A stretch of DNA of 64,000 nt from the NCBI GenBank assembly GCA_032250835.1, contig JAVVEA010000002.1, positions 1 through 64,000 of the forward strand, written 5' to 3'. The stretch comes from a bacterium (lineage in GTDB: Bacteria; SAR324; XYD2-FULL-50-16). Shown piece after piece: positions 39,781 to 49,333 of the stretch. The notes beneath the pieces were generated by a model that saw nothing but the letters and a program-made list of their open reading frames with translations, searched no databases and was not told the origin of the DNA. Within the stretch, counting starts at the first letter, position 1. Every line of letters begins with the position of its first letter. The position numbers were made by a program, and so were the translations under genes.

Positions 39781-41160
39781 ATGAACAACCTACTAGTCAT
39801 TCCTCCTTCGCCAAATCACAGGCGAATTATTCGGAATATTGACTGTAGTCATGAAGCTAAGGCCGATTATTTATGGCAGCCTAACGACTTTTTGGTGATC
39901 AGCTCTTTAATGCAGCCTGAAGATCAGATTCATTTTGTGGACGGGACAGCAGATCGCCTGGATGATTCATCGTTTTATCGCCAATTCGAAGGAGAGAAAG
40001 CCGATCTCTTGTTTTTCCTTTTGTCCAGTGCCTGCTGGGAAACAGACGTGGCGTATTATAGAAGAACCCGAGAAAAATTCCCTCAAACCCCTTGCTTTGT
40101 TTTAGGTGATATTTTCTTAGAGAAATCTTATCAGGAGATTATCCTACAAGAATGCGAAGGGATTGTGATCCAGCCCTATTGGTTAGACCTAAAGGCAATG
40201 TTAGATCTTAGAGCAAAACCATCTACAGGCGCGGTGCCGGGAGTGATTACGGCACCGGGGCAGCAGGTGTTAGGTAACCCAACCAAACCAACTAGTTTTA
40301 GCGGCGGTTATCCGAGGCACGAAATATTCTTAAATGACAATTACATATTTCCATTTTCGGTGCATAAACGCCACGCGACCGTTACCTTGAGTTGGGGTTG
40401 CCCTTTTACTTGTTCATACTGCACCGATGCGCACTTTCCCCCTTCGGTTCGACAACCCGAAGATGTGCTGGCTGAGTTGGCCCATATAGATTCGCTGGGT
40501 GTAAAAGAGCTATTTTTTGCAGACAAGACCTTCGGCTTCCCTAAAAAAGTGTCTTTACCGCTACTTTTAGATATGGCTAAGCGCTTTAATTTTAGTTGGT
40601 CTTGTTATTTTCATCCTCAGCATTATGACGAAGAACTCTTTCAAGCTATGTGCGATGCTGGATGCCATACCATCATTATTGGTATCGATTCAGTCGATCT
40701 GGGTTCGTTAAAAGAATATCAAAGGACTGTTTCAGAGAAAAAGTTAACCAATTTGCTGGGCCACGCCAACCGGCAAGGGATTAGCATTTGCGCCGATTTC
40801 ATTCTTGGGCTTCGGCATGAAAGCGTCGAAGATGTCCGCAAAACCATCAATTACGCTTTGTCGCTTTCCATTGATTTTGCCTCCTTTAATATTGCGGCGC
40901 CCTTGCCGGGCTCAGTGATACGTCAAGAAGCGATTGAGGAGGGTACCTTTAAAGTTGGCGTAGAGGGATATGACACTAAAGGAGAGATGGGAATTATCGG
41001 CCATGGTAAAGCCGAGGCGGAACAAATCAGAAAACTACGCAACCGAGCAATCCTTCGCTTTTATATCCGGCCCTCTTACTGGCTCAGGAGATTAAAACGA
41101 ACTAAATCCCTAGAACATTTAGGGATTCAGCTGCGCCAAATGGTAGGACTATTCAATTAG
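39781..41160 (+). CDS. Radical SAM protein of B12-binding architecture with divergent N-terminal domain
   Basis: GCPFTCSYC, FFADKTF, IGIDS, FILGL, PLPGS. N-terminal domain has YLWQP but lacks GGxH and GEGE. Confidence 0.85.
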   Translation: MNNLLVIPPSPNHRRIIRNIDCSHEAKADYLWQPNDFLVISSLMQPEDQIHFVDGTADRLDDSSFYRQFEGEKADLLFFLLSSACWETDVAYYRRTREKFPQTPCFVLGDIFLEKSYQEIILQECEGIVIQPYWLDLKAMLDLRAKPSTGAVPGVITAPGQQVLGNPTKPTSFSGGYPRHEIFLNDNYIFPFSVHKRHATVTLSWGCPFTCSYCTDAHFPPSVRQPEDVLAELAHIDSLGVKELFFADKTFGFPKKVSLPLLLDMAKRFNFSWSCYFHPQHYDEELFQAMCDAGCHTIIIGIDSVDLGSLKEYQRTVSEKKLTNLLGHANRQGISICADFILGLRHESVEDVRKTINYALSLSIDFASFNIAAPLPGSVIRQEAIEEGTFKVGVEGYDTKGEMGIIGHGKAEAEQIRKLRNRAILRFYIRPSYWLRRLKRTKSLEHLGIQLRQMVGLFN

Positions 41161-42148
41161 AAAAAGGCCCGTCCAACATCGTTGGGCCCCCTGATTTTCG
41201 ATAGACCAAGTAAGGGAAGCCGCCAAGCAGCAGTACTATCAGCCGAACCAAAGTAAATAGGGTAAACATATCGGCTCCTGCTGACATCCCTGCCGATTGG
41301 AATAGGTACTCAAAGGCTAAATGACCTACACCAATCCCCGCCGGAGCTACCGGGATGATAGTAGATATTTCCCCAATCGGGACAACCGCCAACAGGTCGG
41401 TAAAGGCTCCGCCCTGAGACAGTTGGTCAATTAATAGCTTGAAACAAAGGACTTCTGTCAGTTGAATCATCAAAGACAACAAGAGCCCGAGGGCAAGAGT
41501 CTTTTTGTGATCTCGATATAGGGTGAAGGCGTTGTGCACTTTCAGCGTGATGCGGCTCGCCGGAAGTTTTGATAAAATCCGCTGAACCGGGTCTCTGTTC
41601 TGAGAAAACGGGAAGATAATCAACAACCCGCCCATTAAAAAAGCACAAATTAGCCCCGTTAAAATCTGCCCAGTTAACTCCCATCCGTCCCCAGCACCTT
41701 CGAAAGGCTGCATCACGAAAATCGCGAAACCAGCCAACAATAAAATGGCCAGAAGTCCTAATATCCGATCCACTAACAGCGTGGAAAAGAGCAGGCTTTT
41801 GGAGTGCTCAGGGTGCTCTTTCCTTATATAAAAGGCTTTAACCAGGTCCCCACTAATTGCGCCCGGTAAAAACGTAGAGAAGAAAATACTGATCCAAGTG
41901 ACCGATACGGCTTTACGGAGCTTCATTCCAATGCCTAGGGCACGCAACAGGCACCACCAGCGAACCATCGAAGGAAACACCATACCTAACAACAGGGCCA
42001 AAAAAAGGGCAAAAAACAAGCTGGGCCGATTTAATAATTCGGGGACGAGTCGGAGGTTCAGACGCCCTTGGGTAGTCAAATAGTAGAGCACACCAGAAAC
42101 GATGCTTACCTTGAGGGCAAGTAAAAATACCGACTTGATTTTTTCCAT
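41153..42148 (-). CDS. Lysylphosphatidylglycerol synthase TM-domain / flippase-like protein
   Basis: RWWCLL, FLPGAISGDLVK, DRILGL, PVAPAGIGVG, about 8 TMs. Confidence 0.88.
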   Translation of the reverse strand: MEKIKSVFLLALKVSIVSGVLYYLTTQGRLNLRLVPELLNRPSLFFALFLALLLGMVFPSMVRWWCLLRALGIGMKLRKAVSVTWISIFFSTFLPGAISGDLVKAFYIRKEHPEHSKSLLFSTLLVDRILGLLAILLLAGFAIFVMQPFEGAGDGWELTGQILTGLICAFLMGGLLIIFPFSQNRDPVQRILSKLPASRITLKVHNAFTLYRDHKKTLALGLLLSLMIQLTEVLCFKLLIDQLSQGGAFTDLLAVVPIGEISTIIPVAPAGIGVGHLAFEYLFQSAGMSAGADMFTLFTLVRLIVLLLGGFPYLVYRKSGGPTMLDGPFSN

Positions 42149-42214
42149 AATGACTACAATGAACAAGCAGCTTCATCGGGGCAGACCGTCTTTGATCACG
42201 GCCCAAGAAAGAGG

Positions 42215-44488
42215 CTAATTTTGGTACGTTGCGCTAAACTCTACTTCAGTGAGCATTGCGCGATTTAGAGATCCCGTCAGCCTTTTCGAATTCCAGGTCG
42301 ACTGCAATTGAAGTTGTACAAAGAACTTTTTACCCCTTTTAGCAAACTCCGTCAGTTCGATTATTTTGCCGAGATGCGTTGGATCATCGGTGAAAAAAAC
42401 CTCTTGGTAGGCTTCCCCATCTTCACTGGCCAATACCTTAATAAAACATTCCGATTCGAGCTTGTACCCCAATTTAACTTGAAATCGTTCGAGCTCTTGG
42501 GGGTTTTTCGCTTCAAATTGATAGACCAGTGAAGCTGGAACATCGTCTACAGTAGGCGTCAACACAAGCAGCCGTGGAGATAGGTAGTGCATAGAATAGG
42601 CTTTTTTGATAAATTCAAGCCGATCTTGGCCACCGAAACCATTGGCCCCCCATTTCCATTTCCGGTCAATCCCCGGAGACACCTCGATCAAAGGTTCAAC
42701 CCTAACATTTTTTGTATATAGGTGCACATCCCCTGGCTGGAGAGTGAAAACCTCTTTAAAACCGTCTTTGACTAGGCTTTTCTGGAATAGTTTATTTTCT
42801 TTATCTACTCCGTTTTCAATAATCCAAAGGGGTCGATAATCTTGCGCGTCATTGAAGCTATACATTATTTTCTTATTAGTTTCCTTGTTTGTGTTGACGC
42901 TAACCATATATTGTAGATTCTGGCTATTTGTAATAAATATTGCTTTCTTCGGCAAATTTTGGTCCAGAAATTCGCCCAAAGAATGCCAGTTTACCCATTT
43001 TGTATTGTACCAATTTTCCCTTAGCTCACCATGGGCACCCCACTCTTTAGCGGAAAAACCTACGAGCACTATAAGTGTAGTTGCCTTAATAAAAGCCTGA
43101 GACCACTGCGCGAGCTTTAAGGACACCAAACGCGGACTGCTAATTAAGCTTATAAAAATCAATATTTTAGACAAGTATGTTACGAGCAATTCAACACCCC
43201 AAACCAAACCAACCGCCGTTAATAAAAAGATAAAGGGCAAGGTTGGCAGGAAAAACCGGTCGCCTAAGGAAATGGCAAAGCGGTTGTAGCCGATGACACC
43301 GATCAAAACGAAAAAATACAAGCTATGGAACGTGGCCAGCAAAACCCACCGCTTTCCCCGGACCCAAGCCAGAAAAATGCCTAGAGGGAAAAATAAAAGC
43401 GGATAGTAACCGTTGTGTTGGATGCCCAAAAAACTGCGGTAACCTAGGGTCGTCGACATGGCCAAAAAGCGATTCTGCTGCAGCGCAAAGGACTGCGTTA
43501 TCGTTTCGCCGGAAAATGATGAGGACAACTCAGGGCGATGGTAAAATGATGCGATAGCGCCATATAAGCTATGCAGGAAGAAGGGACTCAGCAATGCAGT
43601 CACTAGAACCAACAACAATCCTCGCTTGAATAGATGGGCCGATAAAAGTGGCTTCCAGTCTTTGACGACCACCGGCGAGATTAGGGGCAGCAAGAGAAAT
43701 ACTCCTCCCAGTAAGGCAATAAACTCAACCTTTGGCCGGACAGATATCCAAAACAGCACCATCAGCGCAATCGAAAATAGCACAAACAGCTGGAATTGCT
43801 TGCTTTTCCTTTGGTCACTCCAGAAAAATCTGGTGGGGTAGGCGAACTTTTGGTGAACGAAATTTTCGGCCCCAAGGTAAACCACATAGAGTACTTGAAA
43901 AGCGATGAGGGGCACTATGGATGCGTGGGTATGTAACGCCAAGGAAGTGGTGATGGCATAGGCCCAAAGAGCGCTAGCTTTGCCCTCTGATTCAATGAAT
44001 CGGTACAACGCAAAGGTGCTCAGCATACCCAAAAAGGTAAGCAGGGCATACATCCTCAGCATCTGAGACTGTTCGATATGCGGCAAGTTGACAGCCAACA
44101 GCAATGAGGCAATCAGAGCGACTCGGCGGTCAGTCCACTCTTTTCCCAACAAGTACAATGCTCCAACCACCAAGATGCCCGGAAGCCAGGACGGAATCTT
44201 TCGAACAAAATCATCGCGACTAATGCTGTCGAATATCTTTACGAGAAAATAAAACAGTGGTTGGTGTTGGTCGTGATAGAGCCCCATATGGATCTCAAAA
44301 AAGCTTCTGGGGACGGCCACCAAAACCTGAACCTCATCCCACCACATCGACTTATCGGTCAGATGGTTCAGTCTCAAATACCCAGCCAGCGCCAATAAAC
44401 CCAACACTGCCAGTGCGTCAAATATGCGCCAATTTGGTCGAAATTGTTCAGTACCGATCACGTTTTTCTTGGGAACTCCAAAGCCCAA
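42215..44488 (-). CDS. GT39/PMT-like (GT-C) glycosyltransferase with C-terminal soluble domain
   Basis: LRLNHL..SMWWDE, HQPLFY, SQMLRMYAL, multiple TMs. Start codon uncertain. Confidence 0.85.
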   Translation of the reverse strand: MGFGVPKKNVIGTEQFRPNWRIFDALAVLGLLALAGYLRLNHLTDKSMWWDEVQVLVAVPRSFFEIHMGLYHDQHQPLFYFLVKIFDSISRDDFVRKIPSWLPGILVVGALYLLGKEWTDRRVALIASLLLAVNLPHIEQSQMLRMYALLTFLGMLSTFALYRFIESEGKASALWAYAITTSLALHTHASIVPLIAFQVLYVVYLGAENFVHQKFAYPTRFFWSDQRKSKQFQLFVLFSIALMVLFWISVRPKVEFIALLGGVFLLLPLISPVVVKDWKPLLSAHLFKRGLLLVLVTALLSPFFLHSLYGAIASFYHRPELSSSFSGETITQSFALQQNRFLAMSTTLGYRSFLGIQHNGYYPLLFFPLGIFLAWVRGKRWVLLATFHSLYFFVLIGVIGYNRFAISLGDRFFLPTLPFIFLLTAVGLVWGVELLVTYLSKILIFISLISSPRLVSLKLAQWSQAFIKATTLIVLVGFSAKEWGAHGELRENWYNTKWVNWHSLGEFLDQNLPKKAIFITNSQNLQYMVSVNTNKETNKKIMYSFNDAQDYRPLWIIENGVDKENKLFQKSLVKDGFKEVFTLQPGDVHLYTKNVRVEPLIEVSPGIDRKWKWGANGFGGQDRLEFIKKAYSMHYLSPRLLVLTPTVDDVPASLVYQFEAKNPQELERFQVKLGYKLESECFIKVLASEDGEAYQEVFFTDDPTHLGKIIELTEFAKRGKKFFVQLQLQSTWNSKRLTGSLNRAMLTEVEFSATYQN

Positions 44489-44542
44489 AAAAGGGCTTGG
44501 GCTGTTGGGTGTTTATTTTGAGTTTGTTCACTAGCACAAAGC

Positions 44543-45835
44543 CTAAAGTGATCGAACAAAGTGACGAAACAAAGCCTGCTTGCTTAGGTTAGTAGGATCA
44601 AAATCCGGTTTTTTTCTTCGTATCACCTCAACCCACAAAAGTTCAGGGTCTTGCCCAGTAACTCCCGTTCCAAGTTGATCGGCAATCTGTTGATACCTTT
44701 TTTCTTCCATCTTACGGAGCCAGCATAATAGTTCCGATTTGGCTTGTTTCCAACGGCTTTTCAATTGGTCAACGCTCCATTTTGCACTATCCCTGACCAC
44801 GTCAATTAAAAACTTCGGGTCCTTTAAAGGACTCAATTCAGTTATACCCCCAAGATGCCGATTTGCATGGATAATGGAGATGTCATGGTCCCAGACCCGC
44901 CACCGCAGAAAAAAAGATGGGAAGAGTACGTTAAAATTCATAAAATAGATGCCCGTCACCATTAGCAGTCTAAAAAATTGTAGAAAAAGCCACTCCCCGT
45001 CAGATTTGGCATGACGAATCGACCATTTGGCTAACTGCACTACATCCGGAGGGCTCAGAGCTACGTGCCACAGGGCCACTTGATTTACAATTCCATTGAC
45101 CGAGGACACATTGGGAAAAGGGCTACCGACAAAAATGTCTTCCAGCGGCACAATCTCGTTTTGAGAAATAAAGCTCTTAATTCTCTGCCCATTTAAACTG
45201 ATCGATTCATCGTATTGGTCCCCTCGTTTGCTCATTGAAATAACAACATGGTAATACTTACCAGATTCCAACTCAATGTTTTTAAAGTGAAATCCGCCGA
45301 GGCTCGAAGCATAATGCAAGTATCGATCTTTGGCGTTTACATAGATCGCATGCCTTGGTCGGTTAATTTGGTCAGGATCGCCAGCCCAAAAGACTAGCTG
45401 ATATGGGTTATCATCTTGATATTTAAAATCATTAACCACAAATCCGACCGTCCATGTTTCTAAATCGGGGTTTTGGGGTACACTTGACTTGGGCGTGGGT
45501 AAACGGAGCCAGTTTTGTTTGCCCATTCCGACCTGATAACCAACACTTTCGCCAAGAAAAGAGAACTGACGACCACCTTCCACAATAAACGGATTCTGCT
45601 TCGTCTGTTTGACAGTATCTCGAATATTGACGGGCTCGGTACTGTATAAGAGTGGGTAGTATATATCCACAGCCCAAGGATAGTCGGGAACCAACTCTTG
45701 AGTCGGATGATTCCAGCGACCAAGCTCCCACTTAAGTTTGTGCTCAATTGAGGGCACGAAACTCGCGACCAGCAATAGAAATAGCAGCACACTAAAAAAA
45801 ATGCGGAGCAAGTTTTTCCCGCTTTTCAAGGACAT
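44543..45835 (-). CDS. Membrane protein with LamG/concanavalin A-like domain
   Basis: TM, then WTVGF...YYHVVIS...ISLNG...FVGS...NGIVNQVALWHVALS (LamG pattern), second TM, basic tail. Confidence 0.7.
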   Translation of the reverse strand: MSLKSGKNLLRIFFSVLLFLLLVASFVPSIEHKLKWELGRWNHPTQELVPDYPWAVDIYYPLLYSTEPVNIRDTVKQTKQNPFIVEGGRQFSFLGESVGYQVGMGKQNWLRLPTPKSSVPQNPDLETWTVGFVVNDFKYQDDNPYQLVFWAGDPDQINRPRHAIYVNAKDRYLHYASSLGGFHFKNIELESGKYYHVVISMSKRGDQYDESISLNGQRIKSFISQNEIVPLEDIFVGSPFPNVSSVNGIVNQVALWHVALSPPDVVQLAKWSIRHAKSDGEWLFLQFFRLLMVTGIYFMNFNVLFPSFFLRWRVWDHDISIIHANRHLGGITELSPLKDPKFLIDVVRDSAKWSVDQLKSRWKQAKSELLCWLRKMEEKRYQQIADQLGTGVTGQDPELLWVEVIRRKKPDFDPTNLSKQALFRHFVRSL

Positions 45836-46129
45836 CCAATAGTGACGAAGTGTTCAGATTAAGGCCTATACCGGCCCCCTATACCTATTATCTTCGCATG
45901 AAACCAGTCAACCAAATCCCCCTCTAGCAAAGCTAATCTGAGTATACTTTTGCGGAGTTTTGGGTGGCTACCGCCCAGACCAATTTAGCTGTAACTGCTG
46001 ATTCCGCCAAAAAGCGACTGTGTAAGATGAGGTACCCTTGCAAAGGATCAAGTTATTAATTCTGTACTCAGGGACACAAATTACCTGCCCTTTCAACAGA
46101 GACCTACCCCAGGCATCTCAGACTTTTGG

Positions 46130-46158
46130 TTGCCGTTGTTTAGCACATCCTCTACGAT
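46130..46158 (+). promoter_or_regulatory. Possible sigma70-like promoter
   Basis: TTGCCG, 17 nt, TACGAT upstream of TTG 46201. Confidence 0.45.
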
Positions 46159-46200
46159 AAACCCTGCATCACCAACACCAACTCGAAAACCCAGATTCCG

Positions 46201-47685
46201 TTGAATATCCTAATAGCCAATCTCCCTGGGGTCCAAGTCCAACAGGACGGGTCGATCCGTCATTTTGCCAAAGCTGGGTCGCGTTGGCCGATGACCATTG
46301 GGAATACCAAAAGCGTTGACTATTATGCCTTCCCTTTTTGGTTAGCAACGGCCACAGCCCTCTTAAAGAAGTCGACGGAACACCGCGTTAAAGGGTTTGA
46401 CGCGGTAGTCAATGACTGCACCGACCAAGACTTTTTTGCTGAAGCCGAAGCCTTTAAGCCCGATCTGCTGGTTGCCGAATTGACGACCATCTCCATCGAT
46501 TCTGACATGGCTTTGCTGCTGAAGATCCAAGAAACTCTTGGAGCCAAGCTAGTGCTTACGGGAAATTATCCGACCGTCGCCTTCGAGGCCCTATTCCAGC
46601 AGTTCCCCAGTATTGATTACATCATCCGAGGCGAGTACGAATACCCGCTGCTTGAGTTGGTGGAGGCTTGGGGTCAGACAGACGCGCAAAAACAGATTGC
46701 CGGGCTGTGCATCGGCTCGCCTCAGGGCCCCCATATCTCGGACCCTCGAAAGATGGCCATCGACAGTTTTAGGCAACTGCCCTGGCCGGATCGAGAAGAC
46801 TTTCCGGCGAATTTGTACATGGATTTTTCGATCTATGCCCCATGCATCTCAGTAGTGGCGACCCGTGGCTGCCCCGCAGGCTGCATCTTCTGTCAGGAAC
46901 GGCACATCCTCTACAACTCCCCTATGTTCCGCACCCGCGACCCAGAGGACGTGGTTGACGAGATACTTTGGATCAAAGAGCGATACAAAGCCCGCCAGAT
47001 ATACTTTGATGACATGACCTTGGTGGCGAATAACAAGTTTGTCAAAAAACTCTGCCAGGCCATGATTGATCGGCAGGTTAACCTACCCTGGACCTGCATG
47101 GGTGATGTCATGTTCGTCAAAGAGGACACCATTGAATTAATGGCTAAGGCGGGCTGTATTGGCATGAAGTTCGGCGTCGAATCAGCGAATCCGGAAATCT
47201 TGCAATTTATCGACAAGCCCCTCAAGCTCGAATCGGCCAAAAGAAAGGTGCAACTTTGCAAAGATTTGGGCATCCGCACTCACGCCACCTTTATGATCGG
47301 CCTACCGGGCGAGACCGAGGAAACCATTGAACAAACCTTCAACTTCATGGTTGAAATCAACACCTTTACGGCTCAAATCGCGAAAGCGGTTCCCTTCCCT
47401 GGGACACCCTTTTATCGCTGGGCTCAAGAAGAAGGGTTGCTGAAAAACTCCAACCTTTCGGATTTAGACGGCATGGGCGAAACGGTGATCTCTTATCCAG
47501 GATTGAGCCCAGAGCGCTTTGGTTTTTGGTATCAGAAATTCAGCAAGCGGATTGCCCGGCAAAAATTATTGAATTTCCTGGGCCAGCCGGTTTCGAGTTT
47601 AAGCATCATCATGGAATTTCTGCGCCACAAGGGGCTCGTTCGCACCCTGGGGTCCATTTTCACCGTAGTCAGGCGGGTAGTATAA
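46201..47685 (+). CDS. B12-binding radical SAM protein, HpnJ-like N-terminus
   Basis: AGSRWP...FPFWLA, RGEYE, TRGCPAGCIFC, YFDD, FGVES, PFPGT. Confidence 0.9.
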   Translation: MNILIANLPGVQVQQDGSIRHFAKAGSRWPMTIGNTKSVDYYAFPFWLATATALLKKSTEHRVKGFDAVVNDCTDQDFFAEAEAFKPDLLVAELTTISIDSDMALLLKIQETLGAKLVLTGNYPTVAFEALFQQFPSIDYIIRGEYEYPLLELVEAWGQTDAQKQIAGLCIGSPQGPHISDPRKMAIDSFRQLPWPDREDFPANLYMDFSIYAPCISVVATRGCPAGCIFCQERHILYNSPMFRTRDPEDVVDEILWIKERYKARQIYFDDMTLVANNKFVKKLCQAMIDRQVNLPWTCMGDVMFVKEDTIELMAKAGCIGMKFGVESANPEILQFIDKPLKLESAKRKVQLCKDLGIRTHATFMIGLPGETEETIEQTFNFMVEINTFTAQIAKAVPFPGTPFYRWAQEEGLLKNSNLSDLDGMGETVISYPGLSPERFGFWYQKFSKRIARQKLLNFLGQPVSSLSIIMEFLRHKGLVRTLGSIFTVVRRVV

Positions 47686-48018
47686 CGGAAATGTGGCGGT
47701 TGATGCGGGTATTCTTCTTGAAGTAGGCTTGGCTATTTCAAGGCCCTGCGGTTCAAAAGGGACTAAGTACCATCTTCGGGTGGTCGGCTTGTTTGAACGT
47801 AACTTACGATCTACTGTGCTCTGCCGTGCCGCTAGCTGGCACAGGAGTTTGCTAGTGCCTTTATTGATTTGACCTTCGCCCCCAATCAAATCACCTAGCC
47901 TCAAATTTTAGGCGGTTTGATTCAAAATCGACCTCCTTTATGGCTCCACAGCCCAAGATCGTTATCGATTCCCCCTGCAGGTTGGGTTAAAAAAGCGGTG
48001 GAGAATTTTTTCAGTCTA

Positions 48019-48047
48019 TTGACCGCCGAAGGCAGGAAAGCTAGTCT
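48019..48047 (+). promoter_or_regulatory. Possible sigma70-like promoter
   Basis: TTGACC, 17 nt, TAGTCT upstream of 48113. Confidence 0.5.
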
Positions 48048-48112
48048 TCACCCAACAGCCCATACTATAGTTGCCCCAGAAACCTGGTGCAATCCTTTAG
48101 CAAGAGAACTTA

Positions 48113-48820
48113 ATGAGTGATTTGCGCGAGTATTATCAGGATTATTGGAAAAAGCGTCTGGAATCGGACAAAGACCGCCTGCCACCGATCCGTGAGGGAC
48201 TCCCGGCTAGTTTGATTCCCTTTAGTCAGTATGGTTCGGTCTTGAGCCGCATCCCCGAAGGGGCCAAAATGGTTGATTTTGGTTGCGGAGACGGACATGT
48301 GGCCAGTCTTTATAAAGCAGTCAAAAATTGCGATCTTTCCGGCCTGGAAATGAGTTCTCAAGCGGCCGAACTGGCCTGCCAAAAAGGGATCAAAGCACAG
48401 CAGTGGGACCTGAATCAAACCCCTTATCCTTTAGAAGACGCATCTTTTGAGGTAGTCAGTGCCGTGGACGTTATTGAGCACTTGATCAATCCTTTTAGCT
48501 TATTACGCGAAGCCTTCCGGGTACTGCAGCCCGGTGGGAAACTGGTCATCCAAGTCCCCAATTTTGCACGGTTAGACAATCGGTGGCGGATGTTATTTCA
48601 AGGTGACCCGTTGGATATTTTGCATTGGGGCGGGTACGGCGACGGGATTGAGCACCTACACTGGTTCACCAAGCCGAAGCTGGGCAAGTTTATGGTCGAA
48701 GCAGGCTTTGAAAAAGTCTCCTTTAAGCCCGTGGGCATCCCTAGTTTTCTCTTCGGCATGGTCGGGTTGCACAACCTCTCGAGGTTGTTGCTGGTCGAAG
48801 CGTACAAACCCAAGGCATAG
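48113..48820 (+). CDS. Class I SAM-dependent methyltransferase
   Basis: VDFGCGDG, DVIEHL, QVPN, EHLHWFT. Confidence 0.92.
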   Translation: MSDLREYYQDYWKKRLESDKDRLPPIREGLPASLIPFSQYGSVLSRIPEGAKMVDFGCGDGHVASLYKAVKNCDLSGLEMSSQAAELACQKGIKAQQWDLNQTPYPLEDASFEVVSAVDVIEHLINPFSLLREAFRVLQPGGKLVIQVPNFARLDNRWRMLFQGDPLDILHWGGYGDGIEHLHWFTKPKLGKFMVEAGFEKVSFKPVGIPSFLFGMVGLHNLSRLLLVEAYKPKA

Positions 48821-49149
48821 TGCCTGGGATTTGAACACCATTCCAAATGAGCTAAGATTGCCGAAGGGGTTTGTTACGGGTTGTGTCCGCCTTACCCCCT
48901 AATGCTTAGGTTTATCTGGGCTAATAAAGTGCGCTAACTGTAGCCAAGAGACTGAGAACTGGTTGTTCAATAGGCATTTAGACTACATTTGTCGTTTCGC
49001 CGACTCTTCCCAGTAGCCCTTCGTGCCTAAAACCCAGAGCATGCCCTATTGCATTGCTTTCAACAGTGGCTTTGCGGGTTCAAGGTAGTAACCGGAGCTA
49101 GCCTCAACAGGCCTCTCTTGCCATTTCTTCAAAGTCTCAACCTAGCCAT

Positions 49150-49331
49150 TGCCCGCTGGTTGATGCTATTGGGCGTGATCTGGTGCTTCGCAGCCAATTA
49201 AGCCACCGTTTGCTCGCCGCTCAGCAGTTCCAAGACCCCCTTCGTCTAATACTCGGCGCTGAAATTTCGTCTGCTCTTGCTCATCTCCTCTCCTGATTCA
49301 AGGTTAACCCGTCATTCAGGAATAAGTCCCA
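49150..49331 (-). pseudogene. Degraded IS3-family transposase orfA (HTH) fragment with probable left end
   Basis: From ATG 49284 (AGGAG RBS): MSKSRRNFSAEY*TKGVLELLSGEQTVA*LAAKHQITPNSINQR, with two in-frame stops. Upstream TGGGACTTATTCC from 49331 is a candidate IR. Confidence 0.75.
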
Positions 49332-49333
49332 AA

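Noticed and set aside
39536-39784. 82 aa ORF before the radical SAM gene, considered as a RiPP precursor
   Set aside because: No leader/core pattern, no RRE, peptidase or transporter nearby, and the context is sugar metabolism.
45967-45976. ops/JUMPStart-like GGGCGGTAGC on the minus strand upstream of the LamG gene
   Set aside because: The same 9-mer core also occurs inside a CDS near 30877, no JUMPStart hairpin is evident and no RfaH/NusG paralog is in the window; compatible with chance.
45836-46200. Cobalamin or SAM riboswitch in long intergenic regions (also 37379-37657 and 47686-48112)
   Set aside because: No conserved B12-box or SAM riboswitch core recognised by eye; an Rfam/Infernal scan would be decisive.
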